DNA of 64,000 nucleotides from Escherichia coli (GTDB lineage Bacteria; Pseudomonadota; Gammaproteobacteria; Enterobacterales; Enterobacteriaceae): NCBI RefSeq assembly GCF_011045215.1, contig NZ_CP049201.1; one strand, 5' to 3'. Shown piece by piece: positions 60,259 to 64,000 of this stretch (position 1 is its first letter; each line of letters starts with the position of its first letter). The notes under the pieces were generated by a model. It saw only the letters and a program-made list of their open reading frames with translations, ran no database searches and was not told where the DNA came from. The position numbers and the translations under genes were made by a program.

Positions 60259-60816
60259 TTAAAAGCGATAACCCACGCCAATATTGAATCCATTAATGGA
60301 ATAATTATCGCCAAGTTTTGCTCTGGTTCCTTCATATCCGGCATTAATTGTAATATTACTTGTCGGATTGATCATTACCCCGGCAGCATAAGCAAAAGAT
60401 GTGGATTTTTTCGAAATATTTTCTCTGGCGAAATAACCATCAACGTTTGTCCATGCTGTTTTACCATCAGCTTTAACATGCGCCACGCCGCCAGCCGCAT
60501 ACAGTGACATATAATCGTTAATGCGCCATACGGGGCCGGTCAGTAAGGAATAATATTTTGCATCAACCTGGTTTTTAATTGAATCGCCATATGAATGATA
60601 TTCCTGATTACCATCCCCTTTCATCCAGGAGAAACTGCCCATAATACTGACCGGGGAGTCCCATTCATACCTGTACTGCAGGTTTACCCCTCTAATATTC
60701 TTGAAGTTCTGAATTTTACTCTGTGCATAACCGACAGAAAACGAATGGTTGTCAGCCAGCACGGAACCGCTTGCCACTGATAATATGATGGCTGAAAGAA
60801 CTGACAGTTTTTTCAT
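60259..60816 (-). CDS. Ail/Lom/OmpX-family outer-membrane beta-barrel protein
   Basis: ORF track 185 aa, MKKLSVLSAIILSVASGSVLADNHSFSVGYAQSKIQNFKNIRGVNLQYRYEWDSPVSIMGSF...GFNIGVGYRF; signal peptide and C-terminal aromatic residue. Confidence 0.85.
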   Translation of the reverse strand: MKKLSVLSAIILSVASGSVLADNHSFSVGYAQSKIQNFKNIRGVNLQYRYEWDSPVSIMGSFSWMKGDGNQEYHSYGDSIKNQVDAKYYSLLTGPVWRINDYMSLYAAGGVAHVKADGKTAWTNVDGYFARENISKKSTSFAYAAGVMINPTSNITINAGYEGTRAKLGDNYSINGFNIGVGYRF

Positions 60817-61081
60817 TTTATTATCTCCATTGTTAATGAGAGTTATTTGATGAAATAATGATGCTAATATTTCTATCTGATGTCAATCACTCTGAGGGTG
60901 GTTGATACGTCAGAGGAACAACAGCTACATTAATATGCTATTTCAACCGGTTATCAGCATTAATTACAGCATACTTGTTCTGAATATCTCCGCATTCACG
61001 ATCAGCTTTACGACAGACAGTCATTTCTCTGTCAAAAGCATGTACCTCGTCGTAGCTGAGGTAGTTATTCTCAACAACATT

Positions 61082-61315
61082 TCAGAACCCCTTAACTTTC
61101 ATGATATGCAACAAACCAATACCCAAGCCTAAGATCCCCCCCCCATACACACTCATTTTTAACAGTCTAGAAAACTGAAAAACTTCAAATGATATTGGGG
61201 CATTCAAATAAAAATACATAAATATCTTCAGAAGAAGATAAAAAATCGAACCGACTATAAACAAACCAAATATGCATACAGTCATTAATAAGACAACAAT
61301 AAGAAGGTTCTTCAT
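61082..61315 (-). CDS. small membrane protein, candidate CdiI-type immunity protein
   Basis: ORF track 77 aa, hydrophobic (two predicted TM segments); ATG overlaps the upstream cdiA-CT stop by 4 nt. Confidence 0.55.
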   Translation of the reverse strand: MKNLLIVVLLMTVCIFGLFIVGSIFYLLLKIFMYFYLNAPISFEVFQFSRLLKMSVYGGGILGLGIGLLHIMKVKGF

Positions 61316-62343
61316 TTCCCAGCCTCCATTGCATCTTTCTTTTTCTGGATAATGGAGCTTCCAAACTCAGATGATAAACTACCACCCGCATTACCCACAG
61401 CACCAGGGATCTTACTCGGTACCATTTCTTTAGATAGACCTAACTGCCCTTTAACTTCAGTATATTTTAGTAGAGTCGGATCGAATTTAGGATTCCAGCC
61501 ACCGGTTATCCATTTACCGATTGTATTTGCAGCAGGCTTGACCACATAATTGCCAACCCCATATCCAAACCCGGCCCCCGCTCCATTTGTAATCGCCCCA
61601 GTAAGAGGATCATCTCCGTTTATGGCGTTGGTTAATGCTCCACCTGCCGCATTCCAGGCTATTGTCCCTTTCCAGCCCTGCCCCATGGTGATTACATTGA
61701 CCCATCCTGCAATGATTGCATTTTCAGGATCAACTGAACTATCTACCATGTAACCAATTCCTGCATTTGCACCTGTGCCAAGAGCCCACATGGCCTGAGC
61801 ACCGCCAGGTAAGAGAGCTACACTACCAGTGGCCAACGCTCCGGCATACGCTTTATTGACTGCTTCTCCTCGCTTACAGGCTTCACCGCCTGGGGCATCG
61901 TTACAGGAAAGTACATCTGCGCCATGCGTCTGAGCAGCTTTGCTCTGCTCGGACTCTGTGCCACCAACCAAGTTATTCTCAGCAATGTTCTTCCCAACAC
62001 CAGCCCCTGCAGCCGCGCCAGCCACATCGCCACTGGCAATGCCGCCAGCCATACCCGCTGACAGCGTTGCCAGCGTGCTTATCGTCTGCTTCTGCTCTTC
62101 ACTGAGGTCTGACTGTTTCACGCCCGGATACAGCATTCCGATCGCTCTGGCTGCCAGCTCTCCCGTTGCTGCGCCTGCTGCACCAGCAGCAACATTATTA
62201 CTCTGCATTGCCGCTACTGCACCGCCCAGAATGGCGTGAGCAATGGCCTTTACTGCCGGGTCTTTTTCTGTTGATTTCAGCAGGTATGCCAGTTCCGGAG
62301 CCGAAGCTCCCGCCAGTACTGCACCAACGTCACCACCTGCCAG
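61312..62343 (-). pseudogene. orphan cdiA-CT fragment (C-terminal part of a contact-dependent inhibition toxin, no N-terminus)
   Basis: ORF track 61312..62208; the frame stays open upstream to a stop near 62344 with no ATG and encodes conserved CdiA pretoxin sequence (...[74 protein letters not shown]...GKNIAENN) followed by a Gly-rich CT domain. Confidence 0.75.
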
Positions 62344-62914
62344 CTATGGCTGGAGATGGTGGATGTTACCGATAATCAAGAAGCCTTAGATATAAGGCAA
62401 TGTTTTATCTTTCTTTCATACGAAAACCAGTGCTGCCATACTAGCCCTTTTCCTGTGACATCTAAGCGAGCTCATGTTTATCGGGAAGGGTGTTAGATCA
62501 TTGTTAATCATACACAGGTAATTATGCAGCGGTTATGCATAACTTCATTTCGAGCGTGTGATAACGCCAACACAATCACCAGAATTATAAAATAAAATCA
62601 CAAAACCTGAGAACATGTCACATTTTATCACATTAATAATTTTTCTTTATGATTTCATAACTATTTACAGCCTTTTATTAAGCCAAAAAAAGTTAAATTG
62701 CAATTATTGCATAATTATTCGCGCTACAGTTTTTTTACTTTTAAAATCATATAATATATAATCACCTTAAAACAGCAAACTCCACAAAATAATAACAAAT
62801 AGAAATATTTCCACCCAAATAATGATTATCTATTCATGAGCTGACATTATGAAATTAATCATTATTTGATGCAAATAACACAAATTAAAACAAACACCTT
62901 AATATCCATTCTTG

Positions 62915-62930
62915 TGTGAATCTCATCACA
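62915..62930 (+). promoter_or_regulatory. candidate CRP site upstream of the arginine deiminase gene
   Basis: TGTGA-ATCTCA-TCACA read directly, perfect match to both CRP half-sites, about 120 nt upstream of the ATG. Confidence 0.55.
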
Positions 62931-63048
62931 ATAATGTTTATTTTACCGCCTAGTATGAACCACGAAATCAATTGAACTTAGCCGCCATGAAATTAAATAC
63001 ACAACATGGCGCATACCTTTTTATTCTGAAAAAATTAAAGGAATAATT

Positions 63049-64000
63049 ATGGAAAAGCATTACGTCGGTTCTGAAATTGGTCAATTGCGTAGTGTTATGC
63101 TGCACCGCCCAAATTTAAGTCTGAAACGTTTGACACCATCGAATTGTCAGGAACTGCTTTTCGATGATGTACTCTCGGTTGAACGGGCAGGTGAAGAGCA
63201 TGACATCTTCGCAAATACGCTGCGCGATCAGGGGGTGGAAGTCCTGCTGTTAACAGACCTCCTGACACAAACCCTTGATATTAAAGAAGCGAAAACCTGG
63301 CTACTGGAGACGCAAATTTCTGACTACCGCCTCGGACCTACCTTTGCGGGCGATGTGCGCAGCTGGCTGGCGGACATGCCGCACCGTGAACTGGCGCGAA
63401 GATTAAGCGGCGGATTAACTTACGGTGAAATTCCGGCTGCCATTAACAATATGGTGGTGGATACCCACACGTCTAATGACTTTATTATGAAGCCGCTACC
63501 GAATCATTTATTTACCCGCGATACCTCCTGCTGGATTTATAACGGTGTTTCTATTAACCCGATGGCCAAACCAGCCCGTCAACGTGAAACCAATAACCTC
63601 CGGGCAATATATCGCTGGCACCCGGCATTTGCCGACGGCGATTTTATTAAGTATTTCGGCGACGAAAATATTTATTACGACCACGCCACTTTGGAAGGTG
63701 GCGACGTATTAGTGATTGGTCGTGGGGCGGTATTGATCGGCATGTCTGAACGCACAACACCGCAGGGCGTGGAGTTCCTCGCCAACAGCCTGTTCAAACA
63801 TCGTCAGGCCGAGCGAGTGATCGCCGTTGAGCTGCCAAAACACCGCTCCTGTATGCACCTTGACACCGTCATGACCCACATCGACGTTGACACTTTCTCC
63901 GTTTACCCGGAAGTGGTGCGCAAAGACGCCCAGTGCTGGACGCTCACTTCGAACGGACGCGATGGCCTACAACGGACCCAGGAAACCGACCTGTTGCACG
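63049..64000 (+). CDS. arginine deiminase (ADI pathway), 5' portion; gene runs off the window end
   Basis: ATG at 63049; translation [72 protein letters not shown]... matches arginine deiminase N-terminus; absent from ORF track because no stop in window. Confidence 0.85.
   Translation, partial: MEKHYVGSEIGQLRSVMLHRPNLSLKRLTPSNCQELLFDDVLSVERAGEEHDIFANTLRDQGVEVLLLTDLLTQTLDIKEAKTWLLETQISDYRLGPTFAGDVRSWLADMPHRELARRLSGGLTYGEIPAAINNMVVDTHTSNDFIMKPLPNHLFTRDTSCWIYNGVSINPMAKPARQRETNNLRAIYRWHPAFADGDFIKYFGDENIYYDHATLEGGDVLVIGRGAVLIGMSERTTPQGVEFLANSLFKHRQAERVIAVELPKHRSCMHLDTVMTHIDVDTFSVYPEVVRKDAQCWTLTSNGRDGLQRTQETDLLH

Noticed and set aside
62861-62880. Possible FNR site (TTGATGCAAATAAC) upstream of the arginine deiminase gene
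   Set aside because: Only one half-site matches TTGAT-N4-ATCAA; too weak to call
35516-64000. Search for integrase, transposase, IS elements or CRISPR repeats in the island
   Set aside because: No tyrosine-recombinase or transposase-like translation was recognised and no regularly spaced direct repeats were seen; absence is by eye only and not exhaustive

Overview
The window has two parts. Positions 1-35515 are conserved Escherichia coli chromosomal backbone, inverted relative to K-12 numbering: flgE(partial)-flgDCB, flgA-flgM-flgN, murJ, yceM, yceH, rimJ, mdtH, grxB, yceB, pyrC, dinI, bssS, solA, yceO, yceJ, yceI, yceA/trhO, lpxL, mdtG, msyB, yceK, opgGH, opgC, clsC, ymdB, ymdA, the curli locus csgCAB/csgDEFG, ycdZYX, ghrA, ending at tRNA-Ser(GGA) serX (35428-35515). 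From the 3' end of serX to about 62.3 kb is a horizontally acquired island, with no integrase or transposase in the window. It carries a CP4-44-like block (DUF4942, DUF957, YeeW-like, CbtA-family toxin, CbeA-family antitoxin, YeeT-like, RadC-like, ArdB/KlcA-like antirestriction, DUF932, a secreted protein, an 840-aa membrane protein, Ag43 with its three-GATC switch region, YeeP/YkfA-like GTPase), an AT-rich GIY-YIG-domain gene, and a type I restriction-modification operon (long hsdM, hsdS, hsdR plus a DUF45/HEXXH peptidase) with a DarT-DarG pair nested between hsdS and hsdR. Beyond that lie an Ail/Lom-family outer-membrane protein gene, an orphan cdiA-CT fragment with a small membrane immunity-like gene, and the 5' part of an arginine deiminase gene after a long AT-rich leader. 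The strongest candidate for the system of interest is the composite hsdM-hsdS-darT-darG-hsdR-peptidase operon; the GIY-YIG gene and the small gene pair upstream of hsdM are the least characterised elements. No CRISPR array, rRNA or IS element was seen. All identifications rest on reading the ORF-track translations and recalled protein families; no database search was run. Coordinates for features absent from the ORF track (tRNA, promoters, hairpins, partial genes) may be off by 1-2 nt.
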